Assembly: GCA_949358305.1 (NCBI GenBank) | Contig: OX442314.1 | Span: forward strand, 8,928,001-8,992,000 | Direction: 5' to 3' | Length of the DNA stretch: 64,000 nt | Source of the DNA: Strigamia acuminata | Lineage: Eukaryota | The notes under the pieces: model-generated | Database searches by the model: none | Seen by the model: the letters and a program-made list of their open reading frames with translations, nothing else | Told to the model about the DNA's origin: nothing | Made by a program: the position numbers and the translations under genes | Shown: positions 11,873 to 22,700 of the stretch, piece after piece | How positions within the stretch are numbered: position 1 is the first letter of the stretch | Layout: each line of letters begins with the position of its first letter

Positions 11873-14800
11873 TCAAACAGCAGCCAGACTCTCGATTTCC
11901 GTTATCGCATAGTTCTTCTCCGCACTATTTAAAGCGCGTGAGGCAAACGCAATCGGCACACGAATGCCGTTGTTATCCAACTGCATCAACGCAGCACCCA
12001 AGCCTGAGTAACTCGCGTCTGTCTGCAGAATATACGGCTTTTTCCAATCAGGAAATTTACGATGCAAGGTTGATAATGCAACTTGGTTCCGCAAGTACTC
12101 GAACGCTGCCTGACAGCCATCCGTCCAATTCCACGACTGCCCATGTATCCCGTCCAACTTAGTCGGGTCGGAACATGGCAGATATTTCACAAAATTGGTT
12201 GTAGGAGAAAGCTGCCCACCAGCGGAATCACACCTTCCCTCATCATCCGAAACAATTGAATCGGGAGGAACCGACGGAACAGACAATTTCGCAGACCGAG
12301 CTAATCTCACCCGAGCCCTGCGCACCCGACCAGAACATCGGAACTGGCTAAAACACATGGGCCTCCGGTAGACACGTGTCGTATCGCGGAATTTAGCTCT
12401 GCGCGACTTTTCGCATCGCGGAGGTGACCAAAGAAATGTCCAGTCCCTATTTTCTGCCTTCTTACGCGAAACCGCCACCTTAACCCTGAATGGCGCATCG
12501 TCATGCGATAACTCAAAAGTCTCGGCGGGCAACGCGCGATGATTTAACAAGACACAGTTCACATCACTAATCGGGGCATCAATTGCCATCTTTGGGGCGG
12601 CGGGGATAAGTGGAAACAAAAGTACCGGGTCGGAGGCCAGCGCCTGCCTCATAGTCATGAAACTACGCCGTTCCTCCGAACCCTTTATGAACCAGCAATT
12701 AAGTCCATGGTCCGTACATAAACCAACCGCTCGGCAGAAGTCTCGACCTAACAGCAGGTCCGCCGTTGAGTCCTCCATAATCAAGCACACAAAAGAGATC
12801 AGGGTAGTAGGAGCGCGCACTGTTATCTCCACGCTACCTAAAACATCAACCAATTGATTGTTTGCAACGCGAATAGTTTCATGCAGCACAACCATCTCCA
12901 CCCCCATCTTCTCATGCAGCTTCTCATATAGATCTTGAGCCATGATGCAGGTCTGCGCACCAGAGTCAAACTGCGCGATATATTGGATGTCAGTCCAAAC
13001 AATCTTCACATACTGCGAATCACGTCGTATTCCCCCTTCAATCCCAATTTCAACTCTTGGCCCTTTGGATGCGTCCTTCTCTTTAGGAGAAATCATCACA
13101 AAGGAAGTCAACCTCGGAAGTATTGGGTCAGTATTAGGCGCGGTCAACACAGATTTTGGTGGCAACACGCGCTCCACTTTCAGTGGTTCCGACACAGCCT
13201 TAGGTGTTAAACCTACTTCTTCTTTGGGTCCACCACTTTGGCGTCGGACTTTGGTGGGGGCCCTCTCTCGTCTCGGAACGACCCAGGGTTTATAACAGTG
13301 CGGGCATAGCGGCGCATTCAACTTAATGTCGCGCATGTACCAGCGTTCGCGCCTGTTTTTAGCCCACTCCGCTCCGGGTGGCAATTTAATGTCTTTAGGT
13401 GGGCTGGAGTCCAGGGCAAAAGAGTAGTTTTGACTGCAGACATGAGGTTCTCCAATCTCCACCAGTGGCTTAGTCTTGACAGGAGGCGCAGATTTCGCAG
13501 CCATAATACTACGGACTGTCTGCGCCATTATGCTTTGATTGTCATCATCAAACATGCCACCTTCCTCTAATTCACCCAAGACTTCCATCACGGCCGCAAC
13601 CTTATTGCACGTGAAAAAATGTCGAGTTGGGTTCTTAGTCGCCTCTTCCGATTTTTTCACGGCGGCTTCTTGCTTTGTAGCTGCCATTTGGGGAACCGGC
13701 ATCTGACCTCGTTTTACACCGTGCAAGTCGAAATCTCTCTTATGGAGGGATCGTAACTGCAGCTCGCTGTCTGCTTGCTGTCCTCGAGCAATGGCTTGCG
13801 AGAGAGTCATAACTCCCATCTGTCGCATGACTTCCGCAACGTCAGGTTGCAGTCGTCGCTGAGCCAAATCCCATTTCCGACTATCCCCAACTATCCCTGT
13901 TTTCATCAGAAATCTTCCTGTCTCGCGCAGAAATCTCGCAGTCGGCTCCCCCATGGCCTGTCGCTTTTCTGCTAAATTAACAGTAGCTTCAGCCACGGTA
14001 AGTGAGAACGCGTCTTTGAACATCTGCGCGAACTCTTCCCATAAGATTGGTTTGGGAAGCAGGTCAACATACCAATCCAGTGCCTCGCCTTTTAATGCTT
14101 GTGGCACATACAACTCGAGATACAGCTGCTCGCTTATTCCCAAAGTATAGAAATGAGCTAACAGCTGAGTTAGGAACAAGTCTACAGCATTATATGCTCC
14201 CTTGCCCACCTCAAATTCCGGCAATTTTCCCATCCTTATTCCTTGCGGATGAGCAAAGTGAGGGGGTTGCTGTCGCCATTGCTGCTGCTGTTGGATTCCA
14301 GCCGATGGAAATGGCGGCAATTGAGGACCAGCATGAGTCTGCGGAGGAACAGCACGCGTTTGTGGAGGCGCGTTAAGCGCTGACCTCCCTTGAGCTGAAC
14401 CTCGCTCTCTTTCCAGCTGACTTAAAGGTACAGACAGCTGTGCACCCACAACCGACGCTTTGTTGCGAATTATTGATCGCATAACGTCGCTGTTAATCCT
14501 GGACACAGCTGGATCTACTAAACGAGTCTGCACACGAACTCTTCCTTGCACATAAGGTCTCACACGGGCCCCACCCTGAATTATCTCACTAGGCGTTAGA
14601 ATTATTGATGCGTCTCCAGGGAGATGAGGTTCGACATTGGCGGGAGGCTGCTCCATCCGGCCCAGGACGATATGAGGTTCCTGTGGCGGTGGAATCAATG
14701 GGATTCCATCCACCAACGGCGGCTGTAAAGCAGCACAACCCTCCACCACTTGTCTAACGCGAGCGACCGTATCTTCGGTCCAACCATGCAGTTGTGCATG

Positions 14801-15217
14801 GATAGCCCGATCCAGTCTCGCGGAGATCGCTACCTCCATATCATGGAGATACTCCCTCAAACCAGGCATCTCAGGGTGTGCATCTGGCTCGATTACTGAT
14901 GGAGCCAAAGCGATATTTAATGGACGCGAGCCCTCCTCCGGTAAAGCAGTTTTTACGCTCTCCGGAGTTATCATAGGCGCTCTTATCGGCTCCTCCAGCT
15001 GAGGAGTGATTTCTCTTTCCATAGAGCCAGGCTGATCAGTGGAGTCGGTAATTAATTCATCCAACCTCCCACGGAGAGCACCCGGCCTTAAACCAAAGTT
15101 TTGCTCTGCTTCCTCTCGTCGCTGTCGAGCCCGGCGTAAACGCGCAGGATCTATTCGCTCAAAGAGGTCAGCGAACATCCCCCTTCTCTTTTCAGGGGTG
15201 TCTTCCTTATTGGCCAT
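11873..15217 (-). CDS. Element A Gag-protease-(RT missing)-RNase H N-part
   Basis: Gag motif 'VPQALKGEALDWY', protease FDSGA, then directly WTDGCQAAFEYL..PYILQTDAS..AFASRAL; no YxDD; ends at in-frame TGA where a Trp is expected. Confidence 0.85.
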   Translation of the reverse strand: MANKEDTPEKRRGMFADLFERIDPARLRRARQRREEAEQNFGLRPGALRGRLDELITDSTDQPGSMEREITPQLEEPIRAPMITPESVKTALPEEGSRPLNIALAPSVIEPDAHPEMPGLREYLHDMEVAISARLDRAIHAQLHGWTEDTVARVRQVVEGCAALQPPLVDGIPLIPPPQEPHIVLGRMEQPPANVEPHLPGDASIILTPSEIIQGGARVRPYVQGRVRVQTRLVDPAVSRINSDVMRSIIRNKASVVGAQLSVPLSQLERERGSAQGRSALNAPPQTRAVPPQTHAGPQLPPFPSAGIQQQQQWRQQPPHFAHPQGIRMGKLPEFEVGKGAYNAVDLFLTQLLAHFYTLGISEQLYLELYVPQALKGEALDWYVDLLPKPILWEEFAQMFKDAFSLTVAEATVNLAEKRQAMGEPTARFLRETGRFLMKTGIVGDSRKWDLAQRRLQPDVAEVMRQMGVMTLSQAIARGQQADSELQLRSLHKRDFDLHGVKRGQMPVPQMAATKQEAAVKKSEEATKNPTRHFFTCNKVAAVMEVLGELEEGGMFDDDNQSIMAQTVRSIMAAKSAPPVKTKPLVEIGEPHVCSQNYSFALDSSPPKDIKLPPGAEWAKNRRERWYMRDIKLNAPLCPHCYKPWVVPRRERAPTKVRRQSGGPKEEVGLTPKAVSEPLKVERVLPPKSVLTAPNTDPILPRLTSFVMISPKEKDASKGPRVEIGIEGGIRRDSQYVKIVWTDIQYIAQFDSGAQTCIMAQDLYEKLHEKMGVEMVVLHETIRVANNQLVDVLGSVEITVRAPTTLISFVCLIMEDSTADLLLGRDFCRAVGLCTDHGLNCWFIKGSEERRSFMTMRQALASDPVLLFPLIPAAPKMAIDAPISDVNCVLLNHRALPAETFELSHDDAPFRVKVAVSRKKAENRDWTFLWSPPRCEKSRRAKFRDTTRVYRRPMCFSQFRCSGRVRRARVRLARSAKLSVPSVPPDSIVSDDEGRCDSAGGQLSPTTNFVKYLPCSDPTKLDGIHGQSWNWTDGCQAAFEYLRNQVALSTLHRKFPDWKKPYILQTDASYSGLGAALMQLDNNGIRVPIAFASRALNSAEKNYAITEIESLAAV

Positions 15218-17098
15218 TTTAGCGAGACAATAAAGGTAATAGCAGCTCACTGCAAATGATACGCGTTGTATTTAAACAACACGCAATTACTATGAAAAGT
15301 TAGTAACTTCGAAACCTTCCTTTCGGCAAAGAGTCTCTTATTAAACGCCACTGAATGCTCTTTAACTAGCAACAGTTTATCTGCGTAAGACTGAAAAAAT
15401 TCCAACAGGTCCCGGGTTTCGGCACCACGTGTCATGAACCGGTTGTTTCTGATCTTTGAAACCGCGTTTGAAAGACGCGCCAGTTACGATACAAGAGAGC
15501 CTGGTCCCGAATAAGGGCCCGGCAGCGTTAAGCAGCCTGAAGTGTGGCGGCAAGCTTAACCCCCTATTCGATCATGTTACGAATTATTACCGAGTTTGTT
15601 GGAGCCTTAAAAGTGGAAGAAGTAATGCTCACGTGCGGGCTTAACAACGCAAATGTGGCTTAGGCTAATCTGGCAGGGACCCCTAATGGCGGAGCGGCCA
15701 GACCGAGCGAGCGCGCACTAATCGCGCGCAAAAGACGAAATAAACAACTCATTAGCTACTTGAATCTAACTTCTAGTCCTTCGGCACGTATCAGCGGCAT
15801 AAAACACAAAAGAACATCGAAAGGAAAGGAAACAAAGATGACACGCGGAATTTAGACACGCGATATGATAATGTAGGTCCTCAAACATGCAGAGTTAACT
15901 TGCATGGAGTTACTGCGAATTAACACAGGAAAAGTCGCCAAATGCACAACGGCCAGTTAAGGCACTTACGATAGCTCATGGTCTTACGCCTTCTGATTGA
16001 ATCTGGCTTGAAACAGCTCTGAAGTGAACTTGGGCCAGATCCAATACAGAATTAGAGGTAAAGCCAATGAGGTAATCAAACCTGAGCCAATCAAACGCGC
16101 TGGTGAATAATTAACGCGATGACTAAGCGTGAGTAACTCAAATATTTAAATTAACTAGGATAAACTGAATGAAATCAAGAGGGGTAACAATGAGAAATAC
16201 ACAACTTAGACTAGTCTGATGTGGCTGAATTGAGCCACACCAGACCAAATCAAGGGATGAAAATGAATACTAAATGAGGAAACAAGGTAAGAAAACACAA
16301 GATTAGGTTTAGGGATTTATTAGAAATCATACGAAACAATGGTTGAGAATAACAAAGGAACACACGGATAACGCGCACGAAAACACAACAATTCGGGTTA
16401 AAAACAGAGCGCGTAAATGCCGGGCCGTGACAATAGTTTTTTTTTTTATAAAAAATAGTTTTTTTTTTATAAAAAATAGTTTTTTTTTTATAAAAAATAG
16501 TTTTTTTTTATAAAAAATAGTTTTTTTTATAAAAAATAGTTTTTTCTTGATAAACAATAGTTTTTTTTTGATAAAAAATATTTTTTTTTTATAAAAAATA
16601 TTTTTTTTTTTATAAAAAATAGTTTTTTTTCTTTAAAAAATAGTTTTTTTTTTATAAAAAATAGTTTTTTTTTATAAAAAATAGTTTTTTTTTTATAAAA
16701 AATAGTTTTTTTTTTTATAAAAAATAGTTTTTTTTCTTTAAAAAATAGTTTTTTTTTATAAAAAATAGTTTTTTTTATAAAAAATAGTTTTTTCTTGATA
16801 AACAATAGTTTTTTTTTGATAAAAAATAGTTTTTTTTTTTATAAAAAATAGTTTTTTTCCTTTAAAAAATAGTTTTTTTTTTATAAAAAATTGTTTTTTT
16901 TTTCATAAAAAATAGTTTTTTTTTTTATAAAAAATAGTTTTTTTTTATAAAAAATAGTTTTTTTTTTATAAAAAATAGTTTTTTTTTCTAAAAAATAGTT
17001 TTTTCTTGATAAACAATAGTTTTTATTTGATAAAAAAGTTTTTTCTTGATAAATACTCCGTAGTTTTTTTTTATTAAAAATATTCGTTTGTTGTTATA

Positions 17099-17863
17099 CA
17101 GGGTGGTCAGAAAGTCTGGTTCTATGTAAATAATTCCCAAACTGTTCAAGATGTTGATTCAGCAAAATTATTTTAAGGGTAGTATGTCGGGTGAAATCCA
17201 ATTATGACATCCAATTTGACCTCTGAGGTCATCTTCAAGGTTATCCATATTGTAACTCGAGAACCGTGACAGATAAAGCAAAAAGATGAATTAGAAAGTT
17301 GTAGAGCATCATCCAATTAGTCTAGAACCGTTCTTAAAAAAAATATTTCTTACTGAAAAGTTTTGAGAAAAAAGGTCTGAAACATTAGTTTACTCAGCAT
17401 TGTAACTCAGCTTTGTAACCTAAAACTATTGAGGCAACCAAGCTAATCCTCAATTAGGACACTTTATTTGGTCATACTTGTAAGTGGAAGAGAGGAAACA
17501 CAAAAGAAAAGAAATAATTTATTTTGGAAATACATTCCAACATGATAGTTTTAGGTTACAAAGCTGAGTAGACTAACATTTCAAACCTTTTTTTCTCAAA
17601 ACTTTTCGGGAAGAGATAATTTTTTTAAGAACAGTTCTAGACTAATTAGATGGTCCTCTACGACTTTCTAATTCACTTTTTCTCTCTATCTGTCACGGTT
17701 CTCGAGTTACAATATGGATAACCTTGAAGATGACCTCAGAGGTCAAATTGGATGTCATAATTGGATTTCCCCAGACATACTACCCTTACAATAATATTGC
17801 TGAATCAACATCTAGAACAGTTTGGGAATTATTTACATAGAACCAGACTTTCTGACCACCCTG
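17099..17863. mobile_element. Tc1-like foldback MITE (CAGGGTG termini, TA TSD)
   Basis: ~250-bp inverted arms; second copy at 49936-50683. Confidence 0.9.
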
Positions 17864-17868
17864 TAGAA

Positions 17869-18186
17869 CAGCGGTAGGCAACAGGCGGACCGCGGTCCGG
17901 ATACGGACCGCAGAAGGTCGAAACTTGGATCGCGGTGACGTTTTAGCGACGTTTTTTCCTCGGTTTCTATCTTTTTTTCGGTGTTTTTTTTTCTTGTTTT
18001 TCCTGTTTTTAGGTTTTATTGGTATTTTTTGGGTTTTGTGTGTTTATTGGGGGGTTTATTTGATTTTTAAGTGTTTTTTCCGTTTTCGTAGGTTTTTAGT
18101 AAGGTTTTTAGGTGTTTTTTTTCTGGATCGCGATAAAAATATTCAATAGTATCCGGACCCCACTTAGAATTACTTGCCGACCCCTG
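17869..18186. mobile_element. hAT (Buster/Charlie-like) MITE
   Basis: CAGCGGTAGGCAA..TTGCCGACCCCTG termini; 8-bp TSD TTATAGAA, whose left copy is split at its TA by the Tc1 MITE. Confidence 0.75.
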
Positions 18187-18759
18187 TTATAGAAGATTGA
18201 CACAACTGGCATCGGTCCTCGATCAATCTGGAAATTCAGTCTGACGGTGAGGTGTGATGCTACTGTTGCTATTCTATTTCCGGTCAAAATACGGGTTTTA
18301 GACTTCTAAACCTGATGTTTAGAAAGTCTATTGAAACGGTTGTGACTCTGCCTGCCCCCACCTCACCCCAGCGCCACCATCGTCCTCGCACGTGTCCATT
18401 GACCCCTCGCCCGTGGTCCACTCGGGAAACCTCTTTGACCCACTTCCCCCTCTCCTTTGTTAAATAAACTTTTGGCATTCAATCTGCGGCGATCCGGGTT
18501 TTTACTTATTAAATTATGTAAATTCAATAAGCAATCGTCGTAGAGATGCCGTACAGGACTTCTACTCTGTGGCCAAATGTTTGTCTAGGGGAATGATTTT
18601 ACACAGAGTAAAGGAAAAATTAGATAGCTTTAATTGTTCAAAATACAAAGGAGGTATTATTCAAAATGTTTGGGGTCGATCTGGCTTCTTCTTCAATATC
18701 TACACTCACAGTTGACCGTTGGCTCCAAGATGGCGTCGATGGCGTCGTGTGAGCGAGGG

Positions 18760-19045
18760 ATTTTAGCGGAGTAAACTCGACGCTAAAATACGTTGCTAAA
18801 ATATTCTAAAATCCTCGCGGAGCAAGCTCGACACGAGAATACGTCTTGCACACAGCGGTTTGATTATTACAGAGCAAGCTCGACGTAACAATCCGTCTTA
18901 ACACAATTCGCTTTGTGGAGTTAAACTCAACACAAAGCCTTCAAACTAACAGAGTAAACTCGATGTTAGTTTCACACAGATTTCTTTGTGGAGCAAGCTC
19001 GACACAAAGAACTACAAATCGACAGAGCAAGCTCAATGTCAATTC
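18760..19045 (-). other. Array of seven bulged RNA hairpins in 3' LTR of element B
   Basis: Repeated core GAGYAARCTC-RA with a different 8-10 bp complementary flank each time. Confidence 0.85.
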
Positions 19046-19799
19046 ACACACAGAAATGGCTTAAATTACGTGTAGTAATTCAAGCTAGAAAGTTGCTATT
19101 CCGTACAGTGGGTACAGACCAGCGATGAAACTCAATTCGTCCAAGAATCACAGATCACACTTTGCAGTTTTGGCAGAAGTTTGACACGGTTGTGAACAGT
19201 TTGGAGGTGGAATCAAGAGTGCGGGAAGAGTGGGCCAAAACCGTTTGGCTCACTTCTAAATCTGCTCAGAAAAGCTGCGCAGATGACGAGTTGCATGAAG
19301 ATCACACACGGCCGCCTTCGGGTCGTGTGCAACAATCGAGCCGGGCACGCGCGAGGGGAAGGGATGCTCCGCCCAGGCACACGCCTAGCAGCATCATCAA
19401 AGCAATGCACGCTGCAGCGCGATTGGTTGACGCTGTTGCTGGGCCAAAACTTGCTGCAAAACACAATATTATTTGGGTAATATTGTGTCTTGTTTTATAT
19501 TTTATTAATGTATGTTTTATTTCAATTTACCTTGAAACAAAACATATAAGCTTGTTGAATATGTTTATAAGACAATTTGGAAATATGGTGCGCACTCAAA
19601 TAGGAATATTTGAGGTCACCACACTTCCCCCCCTTTTAAGAAAGAATCTTATTCTTTTCCAAAAAGAGACAGGTAAGTATAGGAATAAATACACAAGGTT
19701 TCAAAGTAAAATGGAACAGGATATATATTTATTCTTTTTTATTACAATATAAAAAAAATAAAAAAGGAATTATTTTTAATGAACGGGCGTGTTCCCTAA

Positions 19800-22700
19800 T
19801 TATTTCGGCAACATGTCCGTCGAATGATCGTTTGGATCTTTGTGCTCCGTGACGGTGCACAAAGGTCGGCCGGCGTTTGGTCCTGACCGGAAGCCAGGGT
19901 TGATGTGGAGCCACACTTGTTTGATGCGGTCCACACCATCCCTTCGTCCAAAACCCATCTCGAAATACTCCTGCGGGTCTTGAGGCGTAATTCGAGCGAA
20001 CACCAGGCGTTGATGTAGGATCCACGGCTGCTGTTCCTTGATGTGGTTTTCCAGCCACGCGAGGACTCGGTTGCATAAATCCTCGCTGTTCTGGAGAATC
20101 GTTTTCGTCGCGCTCGTTATGTAGCAAAAGGCGTATAAAGAGCGCAAACGTTGATAGGCGGTGAGGTGGGTGGCCATATTCGATCCCCTATCTCTTGGCG
20201 GCGAATCCTTTGGAGGAGGCGGCGGTGGCGGCGACTTCTTGCAGATCGAGAGGGATCTGGATCTGCGCAAAGCCGGGGTGCGCGTCTTTGGTCTGGCACC
20301 GCAGGCCACAGGCACGACGAACTCGCGATCGTCGCTGTCGAGCCACTCCATTGGAGACGAGATGTTGCAACTCGGTGCCTCGGTTGCACGGGAAACACTC
20401 GACGTTGCCGTGATGGCAGCGTGGAGTGGAGCTGCGGATGACGGTGGTGCGCCAGCGGGACGGGCGGTAGCTCGTTCTGCTGCGCGTCGCTGCTTCAGCG
20501 CAGCCCATTCCTGCCGTAGTCGAATGGCGGATCCAGCCGGAGTTTCGCCAGTCGCCTCGGCTTGTTGCGTCAATTCGGCGAGCATCGTTGGAGGATCGGG
20601 GCGAACTGACTCCCAGTCGTCCAGCAAGGCTCGTGGAAGCCCTAACGGCACGGTCCACAATCGAGTGGCGGCCGCCAGAGCAATCTGTGGGTCGGGAAAG
20701 ACTCCTTGGAACAGGATTCGAAGCAGTCCCTCCGACAATTTCCTGTTCATTTTCTGCAGCGTCCGTTGCAGTTGCTTGTCGGACTTGCACGACGCAAGCT
20801 CTCGCGCAAGCCATTGCCATTCCTTCTCACCTTCGCGGATCTGAGCGAGTTGGTATTCGTCCAGATGCGCGAGGTACATCGCTTGGGCTGTCTCGGGAAA
20901 CGATGAGAATCGCCTCCAGAGATCAGCGCACTCCTGGGCGGGAAACGGTTCGTGAGAGACGTATCCCTCAAAACGGATGACCGATGTCACTTGTGGCACG
21001 GGCACCGATGGGTCTGGTCGCATGTCGCTGGTGACTGGACGGCAAGCAAACGGCAAAGAGGTGTTGACGTCTCCTTGACCGGCTTGCAATGCGGCGATGC
21101 GTTGGTCTTCCTTCGCTATCTCGTCCGACCAGTCAATCCGGCCGGAGGAGGAAGCGCCAAGCTGTGAAGCGTTGGACCTTTCTTCACGCGACGAGAGTGA
21201 ACTCCTCGTGGAAGATTGGCGCGATTGTACTCGAGGTCGGCTTCGGGATGTGGGTCTCGACACGGACTTCGAATGTCTTTTTGGCGGCGTCGGCTCGCGT
21301 CGGTGATGTGAGCGATGACGAGCCTTCTGGAGTGGAGGCAACCCTCCAATGGCGCCTTCCCCCGACGACTGTGTTGGGGAGGAGCGACGGCCACTGTAGG
21401 GCGACCTCGAAGATCGTGACCTCGACGTGGAGCGCGGTGGCACCACGTGGATGGTGGAAGCGACCTGTACCCGGGGCTCAGGCTCTGGATACGGGTTTGG
21501 CACGAAATCAGCATGGAAACATCCGCCCATGGCTAGTTGATGCATCTCCGATTGGCATGTCGGCACCCAACGTTTCTTTCCGTCCGTTGTTACACGGAAA
21601 GATTCGTTGTAGAGGCGTACAACCTCGGCTTTGGTTTGGTCCAAGCGTTGGAAAATATCCTCCAAAATCTGTCGACGCTCCCACGCAGGAGCGTTGAAGT
21701 AACGGCGATGGTCTCGCGTTTCTTGATTGATCACTGTGAAGGCGAAGTCGAGCAACACGTTTCGCAGTGTGTGACGGTGACGACCACAACTCCCATTTAA
21801 CAATGGTACCGGGAAGAGATCGCAATAAATAAACAGTGAATACAATACGAGATAAATACAAGACAGTTTATTGTTGGTAAACAATAATATCAAGGCTAAA
21901 TTATACATAGGACTAATGCCGACATTTGGCAAGTTAACTGACTACTAAACTATACAAAGCATAGGCCAATTGGTCCTAAAATAATATCATTACGTGTCTG
22001 GGATAAGGGAGCGGTTTCCCCATCGCTCGACCTGGTTTACAGATGTCATCTAAGCCGGATGGCTGTGTCCTGGAGTCCGATATGGCTTCGCTGGTTTCCT
22101 TGGTTCGCTGTGTAAATTATCGCACGTCGATAAATCGAATGATCTGAGCATTGCGGTTGACTTTGTCTGCACCGCCACAACTTTGGGAGGATATTGGTGT
22201 AAGTAAATGTATTCATTTTACTTATCAATATTCCGCTTATGAATTATATTTAATTCATATCGTTGTGAATTCTTATTTAGATATTTTTGTGGATAAGTTG
22301 TCATCAACTTATCAGTTACATTTGCGTCTTTGATGTAATCGTGATCGTAATTAAGTCTTCTGACTTGGTTAATCAACTTGTCGCCAAGTTAATATTTAGC
22401 TGTTATAAATAAAATGAAGATTAGGCTTCCCGTCGCAACACACAATTGCCGTCGAAAGAAAATATACGCCTTGCAATGCAGAACGGTATCAAGCGTCCCC
22501 TGCGTCGCGACACGGTCGTTCGTCTGGCGATTGACGGTATCACGTACACAGGAGTCGATAGCTCGCGGCTCCGCACAGCAGTATAATCTCTCGCGGTACT
22601 AATAATAGACCGACTACTTTGGCATCGAATACCATGAGAATCAGCTTGCCAAACACTTGGTGCTACTCGTGGTTACTGTAAAACAGACTGCTTTGGCACC

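Larger units (their letters stand above)
7880..16432 (-). mobile_element. Gypsy/Ty3 LTR retrotransposon A (lacks RT polymerase domain)
   Basis: 1003-bp TG..CA LTRs (7880-8882, 15430-16432) with only ~4 substitutions seen; 4-bp TSD ATAG; PBS TGGTGCCGAAACCCGGGA (tRNA-Phe); purine-rich tract next to the 3' LTR. Confidence 0.95.
4640..17075. repeat. A/T minisatellite (~aaaaaatagtttttttttat)n, split into 4640-4918, 7566-7879 and 16433-17075 by two insertions
   Basis: Same unit flanks both the mariner and LTR element A. Confidence 0.9.

Noticed and set aside
11873..11875. Programmed stop read-through in element A pol
   Set aside because: The TGA sits at a conserved RNase H Trp (compare LAVIWAL in element B), so a nonsense mutation is simpler.
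15410..15428. tRNA gene fragments (also 29283-29301 and 39746-39762)
   Set aside because: These are 18-nt primer-binding sites complementary to tRNA 3' ends, not tRNA genes.
18760..19045. Repeat-spacer appearance suggesting a CRISPR array
   Set aside because: Core is only ~12 nt, the flanks are self-complementary stems rather than spacers, the context is a eukaryotic LTR and no cas genes are present.
19162..19752. 196-aa + strand ORF, repeated at 40442
   Set aside because: Antisense within LTR sequence, non-ATG start, no recognisable motif.
20117..21861. Many overlapping short ORFs on both strands
   Set aside because: Shadows of the GC-rich ORF3 coding region.
19800..21932. 710-aa ORF with hydrophobic N-terminus read as Env
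   Set aside because: The hydrophobic start comes from the inserted LARD LTR; the reconstructed ORF3 has no signal peptide or TM.
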